Assembly: GCA_047495785.1 (NCBI GenBank)
Contig: JBLDXI010000024.1
Span: forward strand, 3,534,001-3,598,000
Source of the DNA: Lepidodermella squamata
Taxonomy: Eukaryota; Animalia; Gastrotricha
DNA length: 64,000 nucleotides
Reading direction: 5' to 3'
The notes below the pieces were generated by a model, which was not told the DNA's origin, ran no database searches, and was given only the letters and a program-made list of their open reading frames with translations. How positions within the stretch are numbered: position 1 is the first letter of the stretch; each line of letters opens with the position of its first letter. The translations under genes and the position numbers were made by a program. Below are positions 1 through 18,101 of the stretch, piece by piece.

Positions 1-1397
1 GCTGACGAAGAAATTGATTTGCTTGCCGGTGCAACAACTGCCGACGAAGGCCCGGCTGTTGTCGACGACGACGACGTGCCACTCGCCCGTCTCCGCCGCG
101 TTGATGACAACCCCGATCGTTCAAGCGAAATCGCCGAAGCTCTGGCCGCTGACGTTTCCGGCTTCGACACGACCAAGAAGACGCCCGCGGACTCGACGGC
201 CAACAAGCGGGTAACCCGGTATTTGCCGGACGTTTGTCACTGCTCGTCTTTGGCACTGCGCTACGGCATCAAGCACTCGGCTGCCGCCCGCTCGTTGCTG
301 GCTAAGCTTCAGCGGTTCAACACCGCGCTTCGCTGCGAAAAATGGAGCAACGCCATTCGCGAGGCTGGCCACAACCAAGCTGTTCTCGACTTCGCAGTTC
401 GCTGGTCGACGCTGCGTTCGCTGCTGCTGTCTGCGATCAAGCTGCTGCCTGTCGTCGAACAATTGCAGACCAGCCAGGCCGGCTTGCCGCCGCTCGGCGT
501 CACCATCACCGCCGGCGATGTCACCAACGCAACGCAGCTGCTGGCGATCGTCACGGTCATCACCGACCTAATTCTCAACTTTCAGGTAATTTTTACCTCT
601 TTTCTATGTTCCTGGCTCTCTTTCCATCTACATTTTGAATTAGTCCGAGGAATAATCGATGTTTTTGTTATTTTTAGGTTCGTGATGCTCATTGTGGCAT
701 CGTGCCAGTCGCGGTCCGCAACGCCATGCTGACGCTTCGAGACGACGCTGCCTTCCAGTTTTACTTCAAGACGCTGCGCGGCGACATCCACGACCAGCTG
801 GAGAAGCGCTTCAAGGTGTTCTTCGACGACGAGCTCGTCACGTTAGCGAGTTTCCTCGATCTGCGCCTGCGCCACATGTCGACGGTGCCTTCCGAGCAGG
901 CGAAGGCTATCATGGCGTCACACCTCGACCTCGTCGCCTCGCCTCTGGACGTAGCGCCAACCGCCGCCGTCGCCGATCAGCACCGAAAGCGTTTCAAGGT
1001 GGCCACCATCGCCGAACCTGTCCAGCGCTCTTCATCGCCGATTGAAGCCGAGATGGCCGCGTTCATGGCCGTGGAGCCGCTCGCTGAACCGACGGCGCCC
1101 GAGGACGACTTCTCGCCCAATCGCGTCTCGTGGGGCGACTGCGCGCCCGTCTACGCCTGGTTCCGTAAGCATCGCACAACTTTCCCCCTTTTTTTTCGTT
1201 TTGCGATTTTAGCATTTTCCATTCCGGCGTCGTTTTCGGAGATTGAACGCGTTTTTTCGTGTTCATCTTACGCCGACGCCGCTCGAAAGAGCGCCCAAAA
1301 TCCTACTAAAATTCGGCGTGACGTTCTTCTCAATCGGAATTTCGCCTACCTTCAGAAGGCTGGAAAATTGCCATTTTCGCAGTGGCGATTCCATTGA
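1..1397 (+). CDS. hAT-superfamily transposase, C-terminal part (5' end outside window); exons 1-585 and 678-1397
   Basis: Frame is open from base 1. A GT-AG intron at 586-677 joins ORF 19..732 to ORF 702..1397 in frame. hAT motifs in order: DxxH (DVCH), RW (VRWST), FLDLR (LDPR-like), then the dimerisation domain WF..FP..F..A...SIPASFSEIERVFS containing the catalytic E. Confidence 0.85.
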
Positions 1398-1898
1398 GGA
1401 GAACGTCTCGCTCGGTTTTCTGTTTTTTCGTTTTGTGGCTAAATTTTAAGCATTTTTCCGCCAAATTTTTCCATTTTTAGTCCGTGTTGTGCGATGCTTG
1501 CGTATCAGTAACGGATCAGTGTTATTAATCGTTGCGCTTCTTATGTTATATTCTATTGTATTCTATGATATTGTTATATAAGCGCTGGATTCGCGAAGCC
1601 GCGGCTTGTTTTGCATTAAAATAAAAATCGGCGGTTTTCTAAATGTTGTGTTTTGATTTGTTTTGAGGTTTGAGTTTTGTTTTGGTTTTCAGCTTTGTTT
1701 TGTTTTGAATCAAAACAAAAACAAAAGCATATTTCCGAATTTGTTTTGAATTTTCAAAACATTCCAAAACTTGCTTTGAAAATTTCCCGTTTTGGTTTGA
1801 AAAGTTTTGATTTCAAAAGTTGAAGTTTTGTTTTGACCAAGTTTTATTTGAGCAAGCCGTGTTTTGCTTTGAGGAATCAAATCAAACCAAATCCCTTA
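1..1898 (+). mobile_element. hAT DNA transposon, right part, with TTTG/CAAA-rich subterminal repeats and a putative right end ...AAATCCCTTA at 1898
   Basis: GC-rich transposase, AATAAA near 1620, dense TTTTG/CAAAA repeats at about 1645-1890, then an abrupt return to host-like sequence. The left end is not visible, so TIR and TSD are unverified. Confidence 0.65.
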
Positions 1899-1985
1899 CA
1901 CTGTTAACTGAGGTTTTGTGCCATTCTCTTTAGGTTTGCACTTAAATAGCCATTGAATAAGTAGCTGATCAGCTGACAATACAAG

Positions 1986-4900
1986 ATGTCGTCGCCTAGC
2001 CCTGGCAAGCGACGCATGGATACTGATGTGATAAAACTGTAAGTTGAGCTTTCAACCTTGGCCTCTTTTGATTGAACACTTCATTGATGGATTCAACTGT
2101 GGTTGTGATCTGATTTGCTCTAACTTGGTGCACGCATCACATGAAAGGTCTTGCCCATCACTTGATTTTCTTCTCGATTGACTTGTGTGCTGTGACATGA
2201 TCTGGTGAATTATTCCTGATCGGTCTTGATGGCATTTCGACTAACCTTACTCGTGTACAGACCTGCCAGTCATTATGCAAGATGCTATGCAGAGTTGACT
2301 TTCGCAATCTTAAGGGTCACTTTGATCTGGGGATCTTCAAATCTCCTTAGCGTTTATTGGGCGGCGTATAAAGCTGCTTGTTTTTGCATAAAAGAAGATG
2401 ACTCTGGACCAGAGATACCTGGTTTCGTTTTGCACAGCTGTCATGGTATCACTTGCGACTATTAGAGTGTAAATGCGATGGTGGAAGTTACTTGGGAAGT
2501 TACTGTTGATGTTTAGGGGGCTTATTTCCTTCATCCGGACCATCATTTGCCTTGTTTCATTGATGTTTTACTTGGTTGCTAATCAAAGCAATGAATTATT
2601 ATGCCAGATTTAACGCAACCATGCGCGTTTCTGGCATTTAAACTTAATCCGATTTCACTTCATCGTCCAGAAACCGAGATCCTAGAGTACATGAGTTGGG
2701 CTTTCCATTTCGAAGGATTTAGCCGCTGCGCTCGGTGTGAAGAGATAGGGACAAGCTAGACCTATGACCAATCCGAGCTACCGACCGCTGGGGAAGCGTC
2801 TGGCCACGTTTGCACCTTTCGGGTTCATCCGTGTCGATAGCTGTTGATCATCGCCTCTCCAACACACTTAGATTGGCATTGACGTCTCGTGAATGAGCTC
2901 TGTTCTTTTCTCTCAAACTATCTTAAGAAATGAGGCTTTTTGGCGTGAATTTTTATAGTAGCGTCTGATAGAGGGAGATCAGTAGCATCTGATACAAGCT
3001 GCGTTTCTGCGAAAAATTTTATTGCTTCTCTGATTTTTTAATTGCCTTTGTTGATAATTTCTATCTGTATTTCAGCATCGAAACAAACCATGAAGTCACT
3101 CTACTCGGTGGTCTTAACGAATTTCTGGTGAAATTTCACGGTCCAAAAGGCAGTATGTTTACTCGATATCAATTTGCACCGCCGTATTTACTTAATTTTT
3201 TCGTCTCTTAATTCCAGCTGCCTATGAACACGGCGTGTGGCGTGTTCGCGTTGATCTACCTGAAAAATATCCTTTCAAATCTCCCTCGATCGGTAAGTTG
3301 TTTTAGCGACCTGTCAAGTCACGTAGCCTCATGATTATTTAAGGCAGTGGCAGCGAGTAATATGTAACAGTTTTATTGTTATTGAAAGTGTTATTTATTC
3401 GCCAAGTAGGTGTCCGTGTCAGCCAGTTTAGGCTAGTTCGCATTATACTTTTCGTTATTACTGCGACTATTATTATTATTCCAGTTAGTTTGTATACAAG
3501 TACGAGGCAATGTGCTTCTCTCGGCGCACATTATTCTTCTCTCTCAGAGAACGAGAACGAGAGGAATAGATAGACAGCTTGTGTGTATGTTCTATACACG
3601 CAGCGCTGGTCTATTTTTAATAACAATATTTCGCAATAAACTAGCCTCATTCGTCGCCACTTACAAAATACATAGAAGCTGCGCTGTGCAAAATATATTA
3701 GTAGAAAGTGCGTGTACATTCAGTAAAAATTGCGCTTGCTCATCGCGTGCCTGTTGAAGCCCGAGAAGTGACTCGAAATTTGACATAATGACATCAAATT
3801 TGAAGTGAATTAAAAACGGAAATGTTTCAATTAAATTTTTCTGTTTCAGGTTTTGTAAATCGAATCTACCATCCCAACATCGACGAAGCCTCTGGCACCG
3901 TCTGCCTCGACGTAATCAACCAGTCTTGGACTGCTTTATATGGTTAGTTTTTCATCACAATTTTCTAAAAAATTATCGGTAGTTTTCGATTGATGAGGAA
4001 ACTTGATTCCGGAATTTTTCGGCAAAAATCATGGGAATATTTGTACAAGTTTTCAGTGCGTTGAATTGAATTTTCTGCCTCGGTTGATTAAATGCGTAAA
4101 AAATCGATTTTCATATATATATCCGCGACCCTTGATTGCTTTTTGTGTCACGCTCGCCTCATTAATACATCGGAATAGCGCATTTCATGGTAGACAAAAA
4201 ATTCGCAAATAAAGATTCTTGCCACAAGAAAAACGCAAAATCTGGTTGAAAATCACGTGACTTTTTATCGACATTTTTAACACGGAAAGAATATTAAGGA
4301 GGGTTTTTTATTTTTTGCCTAAAATTGCCAATTTTATTTTGAGCTAATCGGATTTTTACGCCCACCGTGCACTTGTTAGGCCAAGAAAGCGAGCCGACCA
4401 GCGGCCATTCATACGAATAGCCTGAAATATTCATAACTAAGCGGCGGCGAAAATATTCGCATCTCGCATAAGGTAGATAGATGGATATATTGTATACCCA
4501 AGTATTGACTCTTTCTAGGATGGGCGCGTACAGGTGTATAAGACCTAGCGCATAAATGGGCGGATGGCACGGCAGCATTCATGTTTGCCTGCTTCTACCA
4601 ACCCATCTACGCAGCAGCAGCAGCAGCACCAGATAGATAAAAGGTGGTACCCTTTATATATCTATAGGAATTATGTGATGATGAATGCCTAGTGCGTGTA
4701 TTCGCTGGTAAATGGCGTCGGAGCATCGATTTGGCTGGCCCACAAGAGCTTCAGTGTATATGCGAGTGTGTATATGCATGCATACGCGTTTTACTGGCGG
4801 AACAAGCGCGTGTTGAAAATATCATCATCATCATCATCACAACTGGTTTGGTATCGTCTTACGCTGTGAAGATGATGATGATGTGAAACAAACGCACAGG

Positions 4901-6857
4901 GGCGGGTTGTTAGCCGCCATCAGCTGTCCGTAATTTACTTCATAATGCGATCGAATATGAGGAAAAAAATTGATCAATGATGAAATGAAGAAAATTCAGA
5001 GTTTACATAATGTTCGTCGATTCACGATAAATCTGTGTATATCGAGACCATTCGCTAGGATTAGGGAAATTCTTTGATTTTACAATTTTTTTGAAATTTG
5101 GCGTTATTGTTGTTAATGTTTTGGTTTTTTATTTCAGACCTAGTGAATGTATTCGAATCGTTTCTTCCACAACTTCTCACTTATCCAAACCCGGCCGACC
5201 CCTTGAACGGTGACGCTGCTGCGCTTTATCTGCACAAACCGGAGGAATTCGCCAAAAAAGTCAAAGGTAAATAGCTTCAATATCAATTTTTCTAATGTTT
5301 CTCTCAAAGCAGTCTAGATGAAACCTTATTTTAACTTGAATATAGAAATTTATTGGGAATTCGCATTACATTTTGGGAATTTTCGAGCTAATTCAACCTG
5401 ATTGCTGAAACCTATTCATTCCCACCTTGATATTGTGGCTAATTGTTCGGATTTTTCTTTTAGGGTCGAAGTACTAATTAAGGAGAAAATTAAGGCGTTT
5501 TATCTTGAATTTTAAGCCTATATATGCCAGAATGGACTCGAGCTAAACTGCAGTGGCCAATGTTCCAAAATGTATTCATCCAAACATCGGTGCAGCGTGT
5601 CTTATAAGCTGTTCAAATAAATTCTTATTTGAAAATTGCCACGCTTTTTCTCATGGGACACGCCTCTAAGTGAAAATTGTCTAAACCGGCTTAAGGTCGC
5701 GCCTGGGGAGATGGTCTGGCTTAGAGCGAGTCGGGATTATTTTAAACCGGACTAGGAATTATGACGTTAAAATGTAGGATTTTACACTTTCTACTGGCTG
5801 TCATTTTTTTCTGGTATGAAATTTATGCCTTTTCATACATGCAATCAAAATACTTGAATAGATCCGGAATGATGGGCCGGGTCAAAAATTTGAAAATTTG
5901 TGGGATGACTCTTTTCAGGTACCTGCTTGGATTTTTCTCCGAATCCTCTATTAGTTTGAACTTTTAAGGCCTAAATTTGTCTAATATCTAGCGATTACTT
6001 TTTACCTTTTCATGATCGATGATGAATTTTCCTAGGACCCTGAGATTTTTATTTTAGCTAGGTAGGAACATTTTCGCAGTTTTCAAGACTTCGAATGAAA
6101 TTTAAAGATCACTAAATCGTGAAATCGATATCGAATCTGCAGGCTATATTGTAACTCGTGAACCAATGTCGCAAAATACGCCTAATATGTGCTTGAAAAA
6201 TTGAGATTCTAGGAAAAACGTGAAACTCGAAAAGTATTTTTTTGGAAAATGTTCAGTTCCGGAACCCTAAATTTAGAGTGCCCACTTAGCACACCCTGTA
6301 TTATTTGCCATTGTTCATTGCTGTAATCCCGAGTTGAGATTTCCTGTCCTAATACAGGAATTTTTCCGAACAATCTGAATTTTTATTCGAGCTACTCACA
6401 TCTGTAAAATTCTTATGACCCTACTTCGGCTCATGAATAAGCAGTTTGAAACTTGATTGAACGGAAAATATAAATTTATTACAAATTAATCATTTTTTTC
6501 CACTTTTGCTTAGATTACGTGCAACGATATGCAACGGAGGAGGCGTTGCGGGATATGGAGCGGCGGGACCAGGCTTGCGCCGGTGGCCGAAACGGCAGTG
6601 CAGCAAGCAACGGTCATACGAACGGCCACGCGACGAACGGCTCAGCGTCGTCGCACCCCGCCTCGTCGACGGCGTCGCTGCCGCCGCCGTTGACGCCGCC
6701 CTTCCACGCCACAAACGGCACGAACGGCACGAGTAGTAGTAGTGGCAGCAACGGCAACGGCCATGCGAACGGCAATGGCACGTCGCGGTACGACGACGAT
6801 GACGAGAGCTCGCTGTCTTCCGCCTCCGACGACGAGACGCGCGACATGGAACTGTAG
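1986..6857 (+). CDS. UBE2H: Ubiquitin-conjugating enzyme E2 H (Ubc8 orthologue); exons 1986-2038, 3076-3152, 3218-3292, 3850-3942, 5138-5266, 6514-6857
   Basis: Spliced translation [18 protein letters not shown]...[21 protein letters not shown]...YATEEAL...[10 protein letters not shown] matches UBE2H. All introns are GT-AG and in phase. Confidence 0.97.
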
Positions 6858-9379
6858 CAGCACCCGGCCGTTGTCATTATGCTCTTCAAATTCTTAATTA
6901 CCTACGATTTACCTACGTATATGCCTATAGCATCTTACTAATCTGTTGCTAATTTGAAAATTCACGTTGAATAGCTGGGAAAATGCGAGATATTTCAATA
7001 ACTTGAAAGTCCATGATAAATTTTTTAAATTTTCAAAATTGTAGTTTGAAATTGAAACGAAATTTGAAAAGTTATCTCAAAATCTTGGATTTTTTTGTAA
7101 TTTTTCGAAATTTTTTGCAATATCTCGCTTTTTCGTGGTCTGAAGGCTTTGTTTCAATTTGACCTGAGAAAAAGCATCTAGTTTTGCGGTAGCTTCAGTT
7201 GTAGAGTGATCACAAATTTTAGTTATTATCGAAACAGAAAACAAACAACAAGGTGATGGTGGCGGCTCTGCTCCCAACTCGCGAAACCGGACAATAAATT
7301 AAGGTCGCAAGAGAAGAAGCGTAGCGGCGATGAGGCGATCGATTCTAATTTGTTTCTTCATTCTCTCTCTTTCTTTTTTTCTTTCTTTGTACTGAAATCA
7401 GCTCTTCGTATTATCTCCATCGCTCGCTGCTTCTTCTTCTTCTTCGCCTATACGTTGCGATTTATATCTATATTATATAAATATTGTACATAAAAAGAAG
7501 GAAATTCAGGGACTAATCTAGCGCTAATTTCTAAGGATGATATAAATCGGTTTTTTCTCGAATAATATTTTCGTATTACTAATATTACAAAGAGCTACAA
7601 AATAATCCTGGTTCTAATATTGAATGAAAGATGGTTATAATAATTCGTAATCGAAATTGCGCCAAAATGTGCCTCCGTTTTACACATTTACAAAAACAAA
7701 TATGACGTCTTAATATCTGTCGAAATCTCGGGTACTGTTGATGGATGGAAAAGATGATTGTCCCTATTATGCACTGCAAACATTCTCAAACGGAAAAGAA
7801 AGAAAGAAATGGTGGACGAAAATCGAGGGAGAAAAAGTTGAGCTCTTCTACTCGTCTGGCTTTCATCGTAATAAAACACCTATCTTGTTTTTACACCTGA
7901 AAGAAAAAAGAAATATGATGAAAAAATTGTGCAAATTTCTAAGGCTGAAGCGTAAAAAAATTCCCGTCGAATAATAAATTATAAAATCTATATTTTCAAA
8001 TCAGGATTGAGAACACAGAAAAATATGATAATTTTACTTGTTTCTATTCGCACCGGAAAAATTGTAATTAATTAATTTTTTTGTAAATAAATACCTTGTG
8101 TTAATTAACTCGCGAGTAATATTTACACCTCTTTCTATATTTAACTACTTGTAATTGTTCTCGTTTTCATGTTTCTCTCTCTTATCTCTCGCTCTCTCGT
8201 TTCGCTCCGATGATTCTGATATTCTATTGTTGGGCAGGAAAAGAAAATTGCAAAAATGTGGCAGCCTCTTTGGACGAATAATGCAAAACAAATATGATGA
8301 CGATGATTTGCAAAAATGAATAATCGGTCGCTCACCTGTTGACAAAAAATATGAAAATGTGCCTCCTTGAAAAAAACCGAGAGAAAAAAGTCGGCTCACT
8401 TGTCATTCTCTGTCTCACGCGCTCTTTCTAGCCCTTAATTACAACCTGAAATAAAAACAAAGTATATGATTATGAAAAAAATTAACCGATTGCAACTGCC
8501 TCGTTCGGCCAATGATAATTTCTTACTATGTGTTGATCTATCGAAAGAAAATCACGATACAAATAGCCTATAATAATATTGAAAACCAATCAGAAATAAT
8601 TGTTGATTTTTCTTGTGCTAACAAATTAGTCATAAAAGAAAGCGCTAATTTTTCTTCTTCGTCGACGATCAAATGATAATTTTAATGAGAAACGAGTGAT
8701 TGGTGGCGGTTTTGTTTTCTTTGCCTGGTGTGGTTTGAAGATTGAGGGCGCCGCTCTGCTTTTTTGCTTCTGGTAAGATTGAAGATACTTCTGGAAAATT
8801 GCAGTAATGTTGGATGATTTATCGTTTTTTTCTATGTAAATATTACAATAATATTTATTAATTACTATCGATAAATATGTTATTTACCTTATAAATGATA
8901 AACGTGTCTATGGCGCTGTAAAAAAATTGGAATTATAAAATAAAGATATAAAATTATCATTGAAACCTTGCGTGGCCTTGTGCTGGTTTTCATATCCGGA
9001 AATTTGCGGAGAAACCGCGGAAAATATTGAGTGGAAAAGGCGAAGGGCAATTTCGGACAGAGCCTGTTTTCGATGAAGTACTGTAAAGCAGGGTGACTTC
9101 GAACGGTTATATCAAAAACCATACATTGCTTTGATTGTAATTTCAATGTTTATAAGGCGGGTTCGGTTGAGCAGCCACGGCAATTCAACAACAACAAACA
9201 AAAAGTTATTAGCCTTGTGAAAACTGCAACGCATGTTGATTAAAGCCTACATCAAGGCAAAGAACAAGTGGTCGCTAATTTAGGGGGAAGAGAGACATGC
9301 AGATCCAAATATTTCAACGGTGAATGAGTCAACAAAACATCTAAGGCTGTGAGACTTTTATAGCAGGCTCAGAAATCAG

Positions 9380-9730
9380 ATGTCAGAGAGAATTCTTGAA
9401 ACGAGATTCATCAATCTGGTTTCAATTATTCCTTTCGCACTCAGCAAAACAACCAGAGAAGGTTGGATTCTCGATCCCGCTATCCGATATGAGAAAAACG
9501 CCGAACAACCAGTGGAAGTCGACTTGAAAAGCATGCTCATTGTGAACCTGGCACCGAGTACTTGAAACAAAACTGCAACCTAGTCTTAATCGAATTGATT
9601 GGTCTTCCCGTGGCGGAATTCCGAGATTGTTCCGGGAATTTATCAATAAATTCAACCTGCCCCAGTCAATCTTACCTGAAATTGGCATTTTCATTGAAAT
9701 TGTCATTTCAGACACGTGTCAGTTGACAAT
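9380..9730 (+). pseudogene. Degenerate fragment of a restriction-like-endonuclease (RLE) non-LTR retrotransposon ORF
   Basis: GWILDPAIRYEKNAEQPVEVD and, after a frameshift, LIG/SRGGIPRLFREFINKFNLP resemble the ILDPTIRFE..QP.EV and IGARGTIP motifs at the C-terminus of RLE-type LINE ORFs. Confidence 0.5.
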
Positions 9731-10905
9731 CTAATTCTGAATACAAGTATTGGACGTAACATTGATTTTTTCAGTCAACTACTAGGATTTGTTGTAACTT
9801 TCAAGGAAATTCCCAACAGAGTTTCTCACTCACAATTTCGCAAGTGATCATTGAAATTGCTGCGCTATACGAGTAAGTTCTCACTCCGACGGGAATCCGC
9901 AATTTGAACGCCAAAATCACGTCGATATTCGTTCACGATGCGAGGTGGTGAAGTTAATGGGAATAGGCTGGGTTGAAAGCTAGAAACAGTAGGTCCAATC
10001 AAGCCTCACCTCAAAAAACGTGCTCATATCTGGCGATTATATCAGGACTATCTGGCTAACGTCAAAATATGTGACGACTCGATTTCTTACCCTGTAGCGC
10101 GAGCCATATCGCAGTTTTACCAAAATCGGTAACAGGGGGTCTATCGAATTTTGGACTAAACACGTGAATCTAACTATTGATATTCCGCGTAAAACAATGA
10201 CGATTTGTAATAAAAATGATCTTTTATTTTATCGTGCATCTTTTTATGATCAACATATTCAGTTGGTAATTTTCTGTTTTACGTTACGTCGAACAGCATT
10301 AGGCAAGCCAAACACAAATGTACCACACGAGTTCTGCAGAGCTAACAGACACGAAATAATTCTATCGATTCTACGTGAAAATTTTAAAGATTTTTCAGTT
10401 AACAATCAATTATAAGCAAAAAATTCCGTCGAGAACAGATAGCTGACAAAGTTTCTACGAATAGGGGGAGAAAGCGAGCGCAAAATTGGAAATTATCGTA
10501 ATATCATCGATTATATTATAAGAAATCTTCCTTATGCTTATTCACACACCCAAATTGTCATAATTTTTCTCATTTTCGAATCGAGCAGCACCATATTTGC
10601 ACTTATTTACCAGAAAAAATGAGAAAAGTGCGCTTACATCAATTTTTATCAATAATTGATTAGATAAATATTAATTATGGAAAAAACACGCGGCCAAAAA
10701 TCGTCGGGAATATAAGTTGTGGCTTTTGTTAAGCCCATAAGAAAAAGAAACACAATATATAATTCTTTATATCAACAATTTTTGTAGCAGTTTTCTCACG
10801 TATAAATCAGGTATCAAGATGATTTTATCAAGGCGGTTAAATGAATAGCTCGCAAAGCAGATAATAATAATAAATCGAAAGTCGCACAAATCGTTGTATC
10901 AAGTT

Positions 10906-11940
10906 TTAGAGAGGAACGGATTTAGTCAGCTCAGTGCCGACTTTGTAACTCGTCAGCTTGGCCCAGTCGATTTTCGACTTGGTAACCGGGAGTGTTCTCC
11001 GCAGCGCTTTGAAAGTCGAATCTGACATTGTTTGGTAAGAAGAATTTATCGCGGTTTGATACTCGTCCTCCGCATCTTCGACGATTTTCGCCAAATCTTT
11101 GGCAAGCTTTTCTTCGGTCTATAACAAAAATAAGTCACAAAGATCCGCAATAAATCACCGAAATTTACCGAGAGAGTGATGGTATGCTTGACTTCCTTGT
11201 TGCTGATCAGCTGGATATTTCCCTCTTCGAAGTAGTGAACTTGGATGTGGAAAGTTCCGGTAGCCTCAATAGTAGAGCCGGACTGGAAACTTTGGCCGTC
11301 GGCTGGGACTAGTTCCCAACTTGAACGCCACTTGCCGTTCCAGAAGTTTTTCGGCTGATACAAGTGGCTTTCGATGCAAACGACCAATTTAGGACCCGCT
11401 GAGGTAGCTGCCGGATCGGGCGTTGCGCTGGTCAACGAGCCCGATCGATTCCCAGCCACCGCGAATGTGGAGGCGATGCCTTGTTGATAGCGATTGTGGA
11501 CAGAGGCTTGCATCGCAGTTTCAACGGCATGACGCCATGATTCGATGGCCTTTTGCGCGGAGTTGATTTCATGAGGTTCGAGATCGGACGGTTCGCGTTT
11601 CAAATGATCATATCTGAACGCTTGTTTTGATTTCGGATCGTAAAAACGGCCAGAGCCGAGGTCGTTGAATTCTGTGATCAACACCATGTCTTCATGACCA
11701 GGTAATTTACACGCAGTAAACATCTGCTTGTTGTATTGGGCAAAAATTTCGGAGTTCTGCTTTAGCAGCTGGTCATTCTGGATGAGTTCTCGGACATCTA
11801 ATCACTCCAGGTTATAAAAAAGCGATAGAAATGCAATGTTACGTACCATTAGCAACCTCGTTGAATTCACCGGGAGGAGCATTCAGCAGGAATCCACGTA
11901 CTGTCTCTACCTTGGCATCATCAGATGGCTCGGTGGGCAT
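10906..11940 (-). CDS. CAPZA: F-actin capping protein alpha subunit; exons 11940-11847, 11797-11169, 11118-10906
   Basis: Motifs [53 protein letters not shown]. Confidence 0.96.
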
Positions 11941-13094
11941 TTTAGTTGTATAGCGTATTAAAAGCCTAAATGATTCTATAAATCGGAAAATAGTCATATA
12001 AAAGAAGTTATACATCAGATGCTGATTTGAAAACAGTGTCTATAGATAGTCTTAGATAGGTATTATTGCGATTCGTATTTTGGACTTGAAATTTTATGTA
12101 GAGAGTGAATTAACTATACTTATATCCGATTATCACAACGATATTCTGCATTCTTGGCAAAAGAATCAGCCAATGAAGACTTTTTACATTTATTATCAAA
12201 TACGTAATGTAAGCGTCAGAATTATGATGATACCGTGATATCTCTGATTGTAGCGTAAAATCGTGCCTCTAGAACCTCTAAACTTCAAAGCAAACATACT
12301 CTAGTTAGGCTCCCATGCTTTCGCATTTCTTAAGGTATGAATTATTCATCTGCCCATAGATCATTAAAAGTACAAAGAATACGAGGAAAACTACTACCAT
12401 ATATGGTCAAAACCACCTGTGCTAAAGTTTTAGCCATTCCAAAACGCTGCATGCGTAATCCCTCAGGATCTAAAAACTTGAAAATAAGTAAACTGGGCCT
12501 ACCGTAAATGTGCGAAGACAGAAGCTGGATTCAGTCTATGTTGAACGCTGAATGGGTCGATCGACAAAACCAAAGAAGCCGCGTTCGATCGTTTCATGTT
12601 TTTTCCTAGGATTTTTTGAAGACTTTGATTATTGCCGCTAAAATGGTTTAGACATATAAAATTTTAAAATTGCCATTGATGTCATTATTTCAGACTTTGT
12701 TTTTCAAACGTATATTATGCAATATAATTTTTGGAAAATATTTATCAATAGTTGTAAGGGGCTAGAAACTTGAAAGATTGAACACGTTGGGGAATCCCGA
12801 TTCGTTTCCTTCGAAGTTTAATTGATCGTTCCACGTTCTACGTTCTACGTCGAAACTGGGTGGTTTATGAGAGACCAGTGACTGTGTCGCGCTGAAGGAG
12901 CAAGCCTGGGTAAAATGTTTGAACTTTCTAAAGTTTCTTCACTAGACGGTGGAGTTTGTAGTTTGTTTCCCTTCATTTTTTTAAGGCTTAAGGCCGTCAT
13001 CGATCATGTTTGCAACGGGAAAAACTTGTTGTATAATTTATTCATTATGGTAACTTTGTTTTTGCTAAAATTTCCAGTCTAGGCTTTATCATAA

Positions 13095-14096
<1,002 letters not shown>

Positions 14097-14188
14097 ATAA
14101 TTTTAATAAAATTGTTTTGTTTCAGCATTTATTTTTAGATTATACGTTAATCACCTTCTAATTCCCTAGATTATTTACGCGAATAAGA

Positions 14189-15489
<1,301 letters not shown>

Positions 15490-15643
15490 GGTGGTTTTTG
15501 GTGCTGATAAATCTTCCGAAAAGCTCATTGTTTAAGCTATATTTTTGTATAAAATACCAAAATCTGCAACATTTTTACACTAGCAACTTTGCTGATATTT
15601 TTGCTGAATTTTCTGTTTAGAATTTAACATCTGACTGGTTCTA

Positions 15644-17647
<2,004 letters not shown>

Positions 17648-18101
17648 GCGAATAATTGCATCAATATATTCCATCTTATTTTCTTCATCACCAAGTGTTG
17701 AAATATATGCGAAAAATTACCATCTCCAGTGATATATTGTCTCATTAGACTCCAGCTTAATTAAAGAAAAATATTCCTGTGAAAAGGTGCATCCACCTTG
17801 AGAAAAATCACGTTTTTAGCGCCTGTGGGAAGCAAAAATTGCGCACCCTTTCAGTCGCTTGGCTAGTTACTAAAGCGGCGTTTGAAAAGCGTTGTTCCAT
17901 TGTCCTTTACTTTCTTCAATGTGTGTCTCTTAAAAATCGTGTGAATAAAATTGCGCGACTCGTGAATAATAGTAATGACGGCGGAGATGATGATTTTGTT
18001 TTTCTAATAAAAACAAAGAAAACTTTGATTGAAGACTCGCTGTTGCTATTTCTATAGTTATTTTTAATTGAGCGGTTTGTTCGAGCGAGACAAACCACGC
18101 C

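Noticed and set aside
1645-1890. Repetitive TTTTG array considered as a CRISPR or satellite
   Set aside because: No constant repeat-spacer period and the context is eukaryotic; better explained as hAT subterminal repeats.
2226-10415. Short ORFs in UBE2H introns and the 3' intergenic region
   Set aside because: Low complexity and no motifs or coherent splice structure, apart from the true UBE2H last exon and the RLE remnant.
12789-12798. GGGGAATCCC, a perfect NF-kB-like site in the CAPZA/KRR1 divergent promoter
   Set aside because: A single degenerate 10-mer is expected by chance in 64 kb.
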